DNA of 64,000 bases. It comes from Adineta vaga. Its lineage: Eukaryota; Animalia; Rotifera. The notes below the pieces were generated by a model, which saw only the letters and a list, made by a program, of their open reading frames with translations, was not told the DNA's origin and did no database searches. A program made the translations under genes and the position numbers. Shown here in pieces: positions 24,872 through 39,130 of the stretch. Numbering within the stretch: position 1 is the first letter of the stretch; each line of letters begins with the position of its first letter. The DNA is taken from NCBI GenBank assembly GCA_021613535.1, contig CP075497.1:6262001-6326000 (forward strand), in the 5' to 3' direction.

Positions 24872-26109
24872 GACGAAGAGTTAATTGCTTGAAAACTAGA
24901 AAGAAATAGATAAATTTATACATATTTCATTTACTTCTCTGGAAGCTATCTCATTCGAAAAAATATTATATAAATTTCTTTCTTATATCACTATAACTAT
25001 AATTATATTTATCACAAACAAATATCTGTATTAATATTAAGTTATGAAACAAATGCGCAAGGTATCTATAAAATAAGATAGAGGAGAACTTATTACGAGA
25101 AATGACTTATACAAAAAAAATTTCTATGTGGAACATACATTTTTATATAAAGACAATAATCAGCTTATTTTCAAACATATTAATGAGCTGATTCAAGATT
25201 ATATCACTTAACTTAGACGGTATATATTATACGTAGATGAATTAATTAAAACTAATGTAGGATAAGGGATATTGTACATTCAAATAAATGAATTCATATG
25301 TAAATATATGTCAGTAGTTAAAATTATGGTTGGTTTATTTCGTCACCAACACGAAGTATAGATTTCAGATATAATAAAAAAATATGTTCAAATAATAGAA
25401 TAATCATATAGATATATAGGCGCGATGGAAGAATAAAAATGATTGATCAGAAAATAAGTAATATACAATTGTAGGGATGGTAAGAGAACAATAAATAAAA
25501 ACAAGATGAACAGATTTTCTCAATAATTTTATTATACATCCTGCATATTCTTATGTTTGAAAAGTAAACGATAAATATTAAGGATATCTTTTAAAAGTGA
25601 TAATCAGACAGAGTTGAAGGACATAGAATTTATAGTAGATTATATCAGAATTATGATTTATCGGTTGAACGGTGATATCCTATACCTGCAAACAATTATT
25701 CATAGTTCTAAATTATCTGAAAGAATGAAGGGAACTTTAAAATAGTCTAAAACATTAGTAGATGACGAATTTCTTTTTTTTCGTACAGGATAGGAACAAA
25801 AGACTTGTTTTCTCTTACCAATATTGACAAACAACGTTATTGAAATATATGGATTGGTTCTGTTTTTTATCCAATCAAAAGCAACTGAGAGTTTATCCAT
25901 CTAAAAAATGTAATAATTGAATATGAAAAAAAATTCTACTTTTCAATTATTTTCTTTAATAAAATCCAATGAAAATAGAACTATTCAAAAATTTTTTCAT
26001 TCTTTTTCTAATGGGAGGCCAAAGTGAATTCAATAGGGCCATATTATTTATTTATTATTTCTCTTTCAAAGAAATAACCATTCACGTCCATTTTTGACCA
26101 ACAATTCAT

Positions 26110-26137
26110 ACCTCTTCTGTCTTCTCTTTCTTTCTAG
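26110..26137 (+). promoter_or_regulatory. Pyrimidine tract upstream of RPS13 (TCT/TOP-like start or splice acceptor)
   Basis: cctcttctgtcttctctttctttctag, ending ~35 nt before the RPS13 ATG. Confidence 0.45.
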
Positions 26138-26170
26138 ATCTTCAGTCGTTCGTGAGAAAAAACCATCAAC

Positions 26171-26797
26171 ATGGGTCGTATGCATGCTCCTGGGTATGTC
26201 AATTCTTTTTCATTTTTTTTTCAATATAAAATTCAAAATTTTCTTTTAGCAAGGGTATTTCAGATTCTGCTTTACCCTACAAACGAACTGTACCATCCGT
26301 AAGTAATAACAGAGAAATTCTCGATCGGATGTAATCGGTTGTTTTCTCATTAGTGGTTGAAATTAACATCCGAAGATGTTGTTGATCAAATTTGCAAATT
26401 GGCTAAAAAAGGTTTAACACCATCACAAATCGGTAAAACAAAGAATCCATTGAATTCTTGATGAAAATATATGATGAAATTTCAATATTTAGGTGTCATT
26501 CTTCGTGATTCACATGGTGTTGCGCAAACACGTTTTGTTACTGGCAGCAAAATCTTACGTATCATGAAAGCAAAAGGTCTTGCACCAAGCAAACCAGAAG
26601 ATTTACATCATTTAATTAAAAAAGCTGTTGCTATTCGTAAACATTTGGAACGTAATCGTAAAGACAAAGATTCAAAATTCCGTTTAATTCTTGTCGAAAG
26701 TCGTATTCATCGATTGGCGCGATATTATAAAACCAAAAATGTTCTTCCACCAACATGGAAATATGAATCATCAACAGCCGCTGCTCTTCTTGCTTAA
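26171..26797 (+). CDS. RPS13: 40S ribosomal protein S13 (4 exons)
   Basis: MGRMHAPG|[16 protein letters not shown]|[26 protein letters not shown]|GVILRDSHG...[17 protein letters not shown]...[13 protein letters not shown]. Confidence 0.98.
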
Positions 26798-26966
26798 ATT
26801 ATAAAACATCCTTGTTTTGCTCATTTTAGTATGAGAAAGAAAGAAAAAAAAGAATAAAGATAATAATAAAGAGAGCATGTTTAAAATAGAAACAATTCTT
26901 TCATCTTGATTCGTGTGTTTCTAGATTGAATTTTAAGATTTTTCTTTTTTTAATTAAATCAGTGCG

Positions 26967-29900
26967 ATGGCCGCACAAGAGCTCATCAATATTCTCGAGC
27001 GAACTGTCACCGGATGTATGTGTTCAGAAAGATTTCTCATTTCAAAGAAAATTAAAACAATTCATTTCTATGAATTTATTTTAGCACAAGCCGATTTGGA
27101 GAATGCACGAAATTTTCTTGCCAAAGCAGCCGAACAAAATTTAGTAAGGTCAATTTATTATTTCATTACATAAAATGATTCGTCTTTTTCTTTCTAGCCT
27201 GAACTTTTAAAACAACTTTCTGATATCTTAAATACTACCACAAATAATCCAACAGCACGTACACAAGCAGGTAAGCAAAAAAAAGCACGAAACAAATCTG
27301 ATTAGAGAAATAGTGATAGTAAAGAATAGAAAATGACTTTTGTCTTAATTTTGATATTCATTGATGTTTGAATTGATTTCTTTTAGCGTTACAACTTAAA
27401 AACGCACTCTATTCACGAGATAATATAGAAGCTTATCGAGAACGATGGCTTCGTATACCAGAAGATGTCAGAGCACATGTAAAAAATAATGTAAGATATG
27501 AATAAATCTTTATTTGTTCTTTTTTCTCTATTGATAAGCATTTTTCATTCTATTTAGTGTTTCAATGCTCTCGGTACTGAAACATCAAAACCATCACAAG
27601 CAGCTCAATGCGTTGGTTATATAGCTTGTGCAGAATTACCACATGGTCAATGGCGAGATTTAATCGGTAATATTCGTAATTCAAAATGTTTTGAATAATT
27701 TTATAATAATTTTAGAACGATTGGTTGCCAATGTAACTACTGCTGGTAGAGCTGATAATATTCGTGAAGCGAGTTTGGAAGCACTTGGTTATATATGTCA
27801 AGATATTGTAAGTTTCATTTTTTTGATAAACTATATTCAATTTATCAATCTTATTGATGATCGTTTTTAGGAACAAAAAGTACTTGAACCTCAGAGTAAT
27901 GTTATTTTAACTGCACTTGTATATGGTATGCGTAAAGAAGAAACAAATGATAATGTACGTCTTGCTGCAACAACAGCTATGTTGAATTCATTGGAATTTA
28001 CCAAAAATAATTTTCAAAATGATGTATGATAAATTTCTTTTAATTGCAATTATATTTGAATTTTCAACAAATTCTTTTTGTATAGAGTGAACGACATTAT
28101 ATTATGCAAGTTGTATGTGAAGCCACCCAATCAGCAAATTTAAAAGTAAAAATTAACTTTTGATATACCAAAAATAACAACTTTGAATTCTAATTGATAA
28201 TTTATTTATTTAGATTCAAGTTGCAGCTTTGCAAAATCTTGTTAGAATTCTTAGTTTATATTATGATTATATGGAATATTACATGGGTCCTGCATTATTT
28301 GCGGTAAAATTTCATTTTAATAATGAAATCTTTGTCTTCAATGTTTATATCATTTTAGATTACTATGGATGCAATGAAATCTACACATGATGAAATAGCT
28401 TTACAAGGTATTGAATTTTGGTCCAACGTTTGCGATGAAGAATATGAATTACAATTAGATCAACAAGAAGTAAATATAAATATCAAATGAAGTTAAATCG
28501 ATTTTCTGATTGTTTCTTTTTTTCTCTTTCTCTCTCTCTCTAAGGCTCAGGAACAAAATCGTCAACCTGAACGAACAAGTCGTTATTATGCACGTGGTGC
28601 ATTACCATATTTAGTACCTGTTTTATTACAACGTTTAACTATGCAAGAAGAAACTGATGATGATGATGATTGGAATCCATGTAAAGCTGCTGGTGTTTGT
28701 TTAATGTTATTAGCTAATTGTGCTGAAAATACAATCATTCAATATGTCTTTCCATTTGTCAGTGAAAATATTAAACATACCGATTGGCGACATCGTGAAG
28801 CAGCTGTTATGGCATTTGGTTCGATGTTAGAAGGACCTGATGTTGCAAGTATAAAACCAATTGCTGAACAAGCTATACCATTTTTACTTGAATTATTACG
28901 TGATTCAAATGTTGCTGTACGTGATACAACAGCATGGACAATTGGACGTATATTTGAATTTGTTTCTCAAGCTGTTATGAATGATGAATTACTTCGTGCA
29001 ATTGGTAATGCATTAGTAAATGGTTTAGGAGATGTTTCACGTGTTGCAACGAATATTTGTTGGGTATGAATAGAGACATATTTGTTACAAGAGATTTTTA
29101 TTCTTTTTATTTAGTCTTTTTCGAGCTTAGCTCGTGCTGCTTATGAACATGCTGAATGTCCAGATGATGATGATACACCGAACACATATTTATTATCACC
29201 ATTTTTTGATGAAATTGTTAAAAAACTTGTTGAAACAACTGATAGGTAAATATATAGAAGAAAAACATTTTACTAGATCAATTTATAATTGGATATATAT
29301 TTTTTTGTTTAGACCGGATGGTAATCACTCAAATTTACGTAATGCCGCTTATGAAGCATTAATGGAAATGATTCGTCATAGTCCTAAGGACTGTTATGTT
29401 ACTGTTCAAAAGACAACAGTCACTGTACTTGATCGATTAAATCGTGTAATATCAGTTGAAAGTCATGCAGCAAATCCAAATGATAGAGTACAAATTAGTG
29501 ATCTTCAATCATTACTTTGTGCTACACTTCAAGTAAGACAGAAGACAACATGGAGAGAGATTTTATTATTCTGAATAAATTTTAGAGTGTACTTCGAAAA
29601 ATGCATCCGAATGATGCTCCACTTATATCTGATCCGATTATGCAAGCTTTATTACAAATGCTTAAAACAAGTAGTGGAAAAACATGTGTTGTACAAGAAG
29701 ATGCACTTGTTGCTATTGGTACCTTGGTTGAAGGTTTGTATTGAGTCTTCTTTTTTTTTCAACATAAAATAGCATCTTATTTGTTTTTATTCAGTATTGG
29801 GAATCAATTTTCTTAAATATATCGATCATGTCCTTCCATTTATCTATGAGGCATTAAATAATCATGCTGAATATCAGATATGTGCAGCTGCTGTTGGTGT

Positions 29901-30584
29901 TGTTGGAGATTTAAGTCGTTCATTACTCGATAAATTAGCACCTTATTGTGATCTAATAATGACGCATCTACTTACTTGTCTTGGTGTAAGTAAACGAAAA
30001 TGAGTAATAATTAAACAATTCGTTATTCTTTTCGATTCTTTTAGGATGATAAATTACATCGTTCCGTTAAACCTCAAATTTTAAGTACATTTGGTGATAT
30101 TGCTTTAGCAATTGGTGGCTACTTTAAAAAGTATCTTGAACATGTTCTAAATACTCTCAATCAAGCTTGTCGTGCTCAAGTTTCTAAAACAGATTATGAT
30201 ATGATTGATTATTTAAATGAATTGCATGAAGGCTGTTTATCTGCGTATACAGGCATTATTCAAGGTCTTCGTAATTCAGTAACAAATACCGGTGATTCTT
30301 CAGCAGCACTTGTTGAATTACAATTAGTCACAGTTCAATTACCTTTCATAGTGCAATTTATTGAAACAATAGCACGTGATCAAAATAAATCGGATTCAAT
30401 TATTGGTGCAGCTATTGGTTTGATCGGTGATCTCGTCACATCCTATGGTCAACAAATGCTTCCATATATTGAAAGAGATACAATTGAAAAATTAGTAGCC
30501 GAAGGCAAACGATCAAAAGTAATGAAAACGAAAACATTAGCAACATGGGCAACCAAAGAAATTCGAAAGATCAAAAATAATTGA
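26967..30584 (+). CDS. KPNB1: Importin subunit beta-1 (HEAT repeats), multi-exon
   Basis: [25 protein letters not shown], acidic loop [69 protein letters not shown]. Confidence 0.97.
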
Positions 30585-33406
30585 ACATATTTTTCATGAT
30601 TTATATATAAATACCAAAAAGAGAGATATCTAAACCTTACAAGTTTCTGTGCGTGTGTGTGTTGTGCGTGAGGAGAGAATGTGACTGTGTGGTGAGATAT
30701 TTCATTCTTTTTCTTCTTCTTCTTTCTCTTCTACTGTCCCTCCAACTTCCCGTTTCTCCTCTGTTAAACAGACATCTCTATCTTTTCATTGCATTAGGTA
30801 AATTCTTGTACGATTTATTGTGGTTAGATGCGACATATATTATTTAAAAAAAAAGAAAACGATAACGCTGGTCGTACTTATTTTTTTTTTCTCTCTGTGA
30901 TCTTTCTCTTTCTCTACTTATGTATGAAGAAGGTTTTCTCTTTTTCGTTAAACATGCCGGTGTTTTTTTTCTCTGTTCCCTCTTATCATTCTCGAATCTC
31001 CCTGTGTTCCTATTTTTCTTTTTGATTGACCAAACTAGTTCTTTAAGTGATCACCATTCATCTTTGATATCACTTTCTTTTACTTTCATTCTTTTTCTTC
31101 TACTTATATGTGTGCTGCTGGTGCTGTGAATTGTGTGTGCGTGTGTGAGTGTGAGTGGCGCGAGCGGTCATTCTCTCTTGTGAGTCTATTTTCGTTCTGG
31201 AATAAAAACATTCATACTAATTGATTTTAAGCATCAAACAATTCACTAATTTCTAAGTCTCTGAAGATTTATGCAAAGTCCTAACGAATTTTTCGTTGCT
31301 TTTTCTTCTAATTATATCATTGATCGAATTTGACAAGTAAAATTCTACATCCTGTACAGAGACATATCTCAAATAGCAAAAGCTATTATTTTTACTTAAA
31401 TATAGAGCAGATAGGATCAGATGAAGCAAATACATTTGACAAACGACTAGTTTTAACAAAAGATGTATGAGGTAAAGTTTTGTTGATCTAAAACACAAGA
31501 ATACATCTTTTCTAGAAACCATCTGATAATAAATATTTTGTTTTTGATACATCAAAATACCTGTCAGATTAAACATACTTTAATTAATATGTACAATTTA
31601 TGAACATGAATTGTTGAGATAACGAAAACTGAATTTATTGCATACTTTTCTGTTGTAATTGAATTTTAGTGCATTTTCATAGACACGCAACGATGCTTGA
31701 CAATTAAATGACAATCTAATCTGATATGTCATTATAATGATCATACAAAATAGAGCGTAAATCGATGAAAAGAAAATCATGTTTTGAGTGCAGATTTCTT
31801 ATCGATTCCTGTTGTTTAATACTCCATATAATCTATGATTGTTCTTTGAAGACATTCTGTTCTCAAGAAACTACTAAGAGAAGCTTAATGACTTCGATGC
31901 ACAATTGGATTCGATCTATTTCTTTACTATTACAAGATAGATCAGTTGCATTGTTTTCATTATTTTAACATATTGCACAAGATAATATTCGCAAAATTTA
32001 TTTATTTCCTTTTGAACTAAATTTAAATATAAAATATCTCTCAGTGAATAATATTTCAATTTTTGTTCATAAACACAGCTAGCAATAATTCTATTAACGA
32101 TCAAGTATTTCCTCTCTTCTTATTTGATTAATTGATTGACAACAAATGATTCTGTACTTTATCTTCCTCGAGCATTACAGTTGAAAGATAGAAAGAAAAA
32201 AGATGCGATCTAACAATGAATATAAATGATTCAATGAAGAAGGAAAAGAAAAAAATATATCATTTTAATGTTCATTTGGAAAATCAGTTTATCTCTTCGT
32301 TTAGTTCGTGCATAAAGACATCGTCTCGATTGTCTTCGAAACTGATCTAGTAAGAACCCTTTGTTTTCTATTATTATAAATTCTTCAAAACTAACATCTG
32401 CTTATCAGAAAAGTCCATTTAACTAATGTTCAACGAGAAAAAACACTGTTTTCCGCGTTATTTCCTGTGAACATGAGTTAATGTACCTGAGAACTTTATT
32501 TTAAACACATTATACCATGTTTATGTAATAATCTTCTATTGAAATGTAATTGATCATAATGTATTTGCTATTATGATTTAATTTAACATCATTTATAATG
32601 ATGAAAAACTTAATAGCAAAAGTAAATATGTGATTATGTTACTTTCTGTTTTTCTTCCATTACGATTGGTATTTAACAAGCGAGAAAATCATGTTAAACG
32701 AGATATAGAGCAAACAGTCCTGGTTCGAGATAGCATTTTTTTTATATATGTAAAAATAGTTATTCTTAGTTGTCTAGAAGAGAAATATTCTTACTAAATT
32801 AAAGTGTGATTGTGTCACTTCTGATCAATACTCTTGTGAACATCAATGTCGATGCATTGATGTCTTCATAAAAACGACATTTCAAAGTTTCCACGATCTT
32901 TATCATTGCGTCTACATTCATTTTTATTACTACAACACTTCAACAGTTCGAAAAACTCTATTTCATGTCTGTAATAATGTCAGTTCTCGTTCGAAGTTCA
33001 CAGAATCAGATTATTTCTTTTGTTATGACTTCAGTGTACGGAATATTTTTTAGATGAGAGTTAAAATAATTAACGAAAGTAGCTGTTCAGTTCGAAGAGA
33101 GAGTTTCATCCAATGGGAATGTTACTATTTGAATAATTAAACAATGAAGTAGTTCCGCGAACACATCAAACGACAAATTACATATCCATCACTTCATCGT
33201 TTCATTTTTCTTTTAGAGCAATTTAAGAGAAATCATTAAAAAAGAAGGAGGAAAGTTGAATACTATATTAACATCATTAACCACAATATTCTACGTTTCT
33301 CATTTTTAGATATTTGATTTATTAAATACAATTTATATTATGAATTTTATTCTAAAAAAATCATGGTTTATATGGAAACAAAATTTTTCATTATTGTTTT
33401 AATTTT

Positions 33407-35357
33407 ATGTATTCAATAAAGACAATCTTAAATCGATGTTATAATCCATCTATTATTAATTTTATTCTTGCAAGCATTTTGTATTTATCTACATATGATC
33501 GAAAATGTAATTCGATAGTTGCTGCAGCAACTATTCCATCTCGACCATCAATGTTGATGAATGTCAAACATAATATTACTCGTAGTATGCCTGATGAACA
33601 ACGTCTCTTCTATACACTTATGAATGATTATGAAAAAGCAGTAAGACCAACGAAAAGAGCTGCCGATGTTATCGTTGTTAAATTAGGTATAACATTGACA
33701 CAGATTATGGATATTGTAAGTAATAGAATAAAACAATGTCATATCTAATTTATTTCATCCATATTTAGGATGAACGTAATCAAATAATGACAACTAATAT
33801 TTGGCTTGATCAAGTAGGATGATTCTATAAATATCTTTATGAGAATTTTTTTATGATATTTTTATTAAAGGAATGGAAAGATGAATTATTAACATGGAAT
33901 CCAACAGATTTCGGTGGTTTAAAGAAAATTCGAGTACCTTGTCGATATATTTGGTTACCTGATATTGTTTTATATAATTCTGCTGATGATTATACACAGG
34001 GATATATGCAATCATTAGCAATGATTAGTTATGATGGAACTGTATTTTGGCCACCGATTGTTAAATTTCGATCGACTTGTAAAATTGGAATAACGTGGTA
34101 AAAATTCTTTTTTCTTGATTAAAAGAAAACTATTTATTTCGATTAAACATAGGTTTCCTTTTGATGATCAGTTATGTTTTCTAAAATTTGGTTCATGGAC
34201 ATATGATTCTACTCAAGTCATTTTAACAAATCGTTCAGAAAATGTCGATATGTCAAATTATGTTGACAATGGTAAAGTCTACTTAAATGTTTTTCTTTTT
34301 TAAGCTACATATATACATATAAGAATAGATATAAAATGTAATCAATTATTTGTATAGGTGAATGGAAATTATTATCATCATGGACTGTTCTATCTCGATT
34401 AACATATCCATGTTGTGATGAATCTTATTTCGATTTAAAATTTTATTTCCATATACGACGTCGAACATTATATTACACATACAATGTTATTATTCCTTGT
34501 ATTATGTTATCAATCTTAACATGTTTAACATTCTATTTGCCAACAGAATCAGGAGAAAAAGTATCATTAGGACTAACAGTTCTTCTTTCATTTTCAGTCT
34601 TTATGTTATTAATTGCTGAATCGATGCCAGCTACAAGTGAATATATTCCTTTAATTAGTAACTCTATTTTATAGAAATATCGAAGAAAATTTTTGAAATA
34701 AATTCCTTGTTTTCTTTAGGTATCTATTTTACATTAATAATGAGTTTAACAAGTTTATCTGTTTTGCTAGCAGTTGTTCTACTTAACGTTCATCTATATG
34801 GTTCATCTTTGAAACCAGTACCAACACGATTACGTCGAATATTATTCTATCGTTTTGCACCATTCTTACGTGTTAAATTGCATCGTGGATCGAAATTAGA
34901 TAATCAAAAAGATCCACAGAAATCAACAGTTAAAATTCCTCGTCGAGCAACGACAATATATAATGCTATATTTTTAAATGAAAATGATCTTCTAACTAAT
35001 AGTCAACAACAACAACAATCAAATCATACATTTCAATCGACGACCTTATGTGAAAATAATGTTCATCAAGATGCATCAACAATGTCTAATCTTCAAACAT
35101 CACCGCAATCTTTAGGTGAATGTAAACGTCTTCTTACTGAACTTAATCGTTTAATTCTTCATCCAACTGAAACACATGAAGAAGATATTATTGTACGAGA
35201 TTGGCAAAATGTTGCGTTAGTTCTCGATCGTTGTCTATTCATCTTGTATATTTTATTAACTGGTTTATTAACTATTGGAACGCTTATCTTAGCACCATTA
35301 CTTAAATATGTTCCCAAAGCACCAGGTTATCATCAATTGAATATAACTAAAGACTGA
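33407..35357 (+). CDS. Nicotinic acetylcholine receptor alpha subunit (alpha9/10-like, cation-selective Cys-loop receptor)
   Basis: IWLPDIVLYNSAD, Cys-loop CKIGITW|FPFDDQLC, loop B FGSWTYD, vicinal Cys in YPCCDESY, M2 GEKVSLGLTVLLSFSVFMLLIAE, M4 preceded by DWQNVALVLDR. Confidence 0.93.
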
Positions 35358-36703
35358 TTTTAGACGAATATTATCATGATAGAGCGTTCATCGGACTCTG
35401 TATATAGATATGCAGAAAAATAAAAAAGAATAGTTTGTAAATGTATATGATGTGTAAAATTCAAAATAAATAATGTCGTATAAATTCGAAGTAAATTCAA
35501 CATGAATTCTATTTATTTACTAAACCACTTCTTTATTTGATATTGCAATTCAGGATATGATTGTCTATTGCATAGTTATTCGATCCTTATAGAGAATGAC
35601 ATTAACCTTTTCCAGTTGCCTCTATTCCAACAACGATATTGATCCAATCGCTGCAAGACGATAAATAATTTCCTTTCCACGATGAAAAGCAAAAGTAAGG
35701 AGAATTGTATTTACAAACATTCTCTTGTTCATAGTCAAATCTAGTTTACAAGAAATATTATCGTGTATCTTTTCAGGTAATACTAGCAGAAAAAAGTGAA
35801 GCATTTCTAAACTATATCAATATCAGAGTGACCTGTCTCCTAGATTTATATAAGACAGAATATAGTGGTGAAGTTATTTAATTATGAACAAACGTATCCT
35901 TCATGTTGGTTGTTTGTTTGTTTTATAATAATTGTAGTTCAAATGGTCACTCTTGTAACCAATGAGATCTAGGAGAATATGCACATATAACAAATCTTAA
36001 TCTTAATCTGAAATTTTAAACGAAAAACGACCCAAAAAAAAAAGTGCATCACAATATGAATGCGATATTACAAAAGAAAACGAGATGACCTTCGTATTTT
36101 GTACACATTTCTGATGTTTTGTTTGTATTTTATTCCAGTTAATTTTCTTTTTTACTAAGTAATTCATGACAAAGTAAACTTTTATTTTTAGAATTCTTGA
36201 AGAAAAAAGTGCTATATCATCATACGAAAAGAATGATATAAGCACTACAATAATAAACAAATTTAGAAGCATCACTTTTTTATCCGTTGAAAATATCATA
36301 ATATCATTCGTGACTCAACGTAACGATAAGAAATTCGCATTTATTTATCTCCTCTGTACTCTTTTAAAGTAACATGGTATTTTTTAGGAGTGAATCTTTT
36401 AGCATGAACAAACAGTGAAGTTATCTGATTAGGTTAGTTTGTATCTTTCCTATCGCCTCTGGAGGAATTTTGTAATCAAACGTTTTTCACATTACAACAA
36501 AATCTCTCTCTCTGTGTCTGAGTTGAATAACGACATTCTTTAAGAATGAAGGAGACAAGAGTATATATTCATGTGAACATAACCAAATGTAAGGTAATAT
36601 AAAGTATGCATATCGCATGAATGAGATACGCGACAAGGTTAAATGTCTCATACATAATCATTCAGGGTAATAAAACTATTTTAATATATGTTGTATTTTT
36701 TAG

Positions 36704-38965
36704 ATGAAAACTTTCATCGCATATCTACTGATATTGTTATTATTCTCTGGAATAAAATGTTTCTCAGATGAAAAATCTACTAATATTTGTGATGCAGTAG
36801 TTCGTCAACAACGTAGTACTGACTGTTCACTATGTTTGTCTAAATTTTCTATTGTTCTTTCCACATCAAGTTATGCTATTGATAAACCTGTTCATGGTAA
36901 GTCCATTTCATCTGACGAATTATAAATTGACAAACTGTGCTCTATTTCTAGTCTCTATCAAAAGTAAAACATTAGATACAACCTTTCGTGGTATTCATGT
37001 CGTAGCTCAAGATGAAAACAATCTTCAAATCGGATATTGGAAAATAAATAATCGAACACTAAATGATAATTCATGTGGTGATGGTTTAATCTATAAATCT
37101 GAAGAAACTAAGATCAGTATGGATGCAGTTTGGCAAGTGTCCAGTTCAGTTGCTGGCAATATAGCACTTAAGTATAAGATAGATAATTCAAGTAATGATT
37201 TTAGAATTTCTCTTCGTTTAGGATAACAGTGATTGAGAATGACAATACAATTTATGTGAATTGTTATAACTTCATTCTACAATCGCGAGTAAATATCAGA
37301 TAGATTATAAGATAACAAAATATTTCAGTTCCGCAATTCTCTACTCTACCAAATCGATTATTTTAGGTATCTATTAATTCTTCCAGTATTGATGACGAAG
37401 ATTCTGCATCAAACGAAACGACGACAACAACTACTCCATCTCCTACTTCTAAAACGACGACTGTTTCACCTACATCTCAAGTGACAGTTAACGTTACCTG
37501 GACATTTACAAGTGGTATCAATGTCACAAATGTTCTTATGTCTATCACTAATCTAAAAACACGTCAATGGACTGCTATCGGTTTCGGTCAGAATCAAAAA
37601 ATGGTAAACAAGAAAGACTCATCCTTCTAGTATATAAATAATTTCCTAAAATTAATTACTGCAAAATAGTCAATGACAAAATAGAAAGTGATTTTCACAG
37701 AACGAAATCATTTGATAATTGTTATTTATCACAGCTATCAATGAATTTATTTGATGGTTTCTGGATTTTTTTATAGGGTGAATCACATGTATTTATATGT
37801 AAACGACTTTCTAACGATACAATTGTTATTAATCGATATGTAAATCCAGAAGACCACGATCCTCCCGAACCTGCTGGGTCAGAACAAGGTGGAATATTTA
37901 CACCAGGTCTACAACTATTCAAAGAAGGTGTTGTTACTTGCCAATTCAATTTATCTAACTTTACAACTCAAACATTTGGACAACTGAAAACACTTGACCC
38001 ACTTTCTCAATCAAGACAATATCATCCTTTAATTGCCATTGGAGTACTGGATATTGGTAAGAAATTCTATTTTCCTCCGATGAAAGTTTAATCACACGAC
38101 AAAATTATGTTTAGATGCTGTGACAAAACATTCTTCAGATTCTCGTATAGCTAATCCTGAACTTGTTCAATTGAATCAAAATGGAGTTGTTCTTTTTAGA
38201 GTATCTGTCGTTACAACTGATCTCACTTTTGTACGTACTCATGGAATAATTATGATTTTTACATGGATATTAATCGTCTCAACCGGTGCACTTATTTCAC
38301 GTTATTTTAAAATATCTTGGGCAAATAAATTGATTTGTGGTAAAGCAGCATGGTTTGCTGCTCATCGCTTTCTCATGAGTATGGCAGCTGTTCTGACTAC
38401 AATTGGTTTTCTATTTATTTTGGTCTTCTTACGAGGTACATGGATTGATCAAGGACCAACACGACCTTACGCTCATTCTATTACTGGCGTACTTGTGATA
38501 AGTTTAGCATTCTTCCAGCCATTTATTGCTCTATTTCGTTGTGAACCAGATAGTCGATATCGATTTATTTTCAATTATATACATGCATTTTTTGGTTTTT
38601 CAGCGTTTATTCTTTCAACTGCAGCATTATATCTTGCTACTTATTTTCATGTATTCAAAGATAGTAAAGGTCGAATTGTTATAATTACTTGGATAGGTTG
38701 GGTTGTATTAGTTTTTCTTATTTTTGAATGTATTGAATTTTATATTCGCAAGAAAAATCGTGAATCTGGTTACACCAATATTAACACACCGAATACAACG
38801 ATTAGTGATCTGGTGGAACATCCAACTGCTCCAAAAGTTACTTTAACTAGTTTTGGTAATGAACAAGAAATTTCAATTGAACAAAAGTCAAAAAATATTC
38901 TACTAGCTATACATATATTGGTTGCGGCAACACTTTCAATTATTTTAACTACTTTGATCCTTTAA
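36704..38965 (+). CDS. FRRS1: Ferric-chelate reductase 1-like (Reeler-DOMON-cytochrome b561), multi-exon
   Basis: Signal peptide, then Reeler-like TFRGIHVVAQD..IGYW, a Thr-rich linker, DOMON WTAIGFGQNQKM|GESHVFIC, and a b561 domain with four His (RTHG, AAHR, AHS, IHA) and FRCEPDSRYRFIFNYIH. Confidence 0.85.
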
Positions 38966-39130
38966 ATGTGATAGATTTAACAGCTATTTTACCACACGGA
39001 TTAGTTCTTCTAATATAATGAGAATGTTATAAAAGATTTTTTTTCTAGTTTATTTTTTTTATACAATAACAAAACGAAAATACAATAAAGCACTTGAAGT
39101 AGATAATGTCCAAGAATTCTGATTTATTGT

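Noticed and set aside
26194-26492. snoRNAs in RPS13 introns (TGATGA boxes in intron 3)
   Set aside because: The introns are only ~55-60 nt and lack a paired CTGA box and terminal stem.
30585-33406. ORFs in the KPNB1 3' UTR and nAChR upstream region; possible transposon remnant
   Set aside because: No transposase/RT motifs, terminal repeats or target-site duplications recognisable by eye; a repeat-library search would be needed.
35580-36300. Short minus-strand ORFs between the nAChR and FRRS1-like genes
   Set aside because: No recognisable homology or coherent exon chain.
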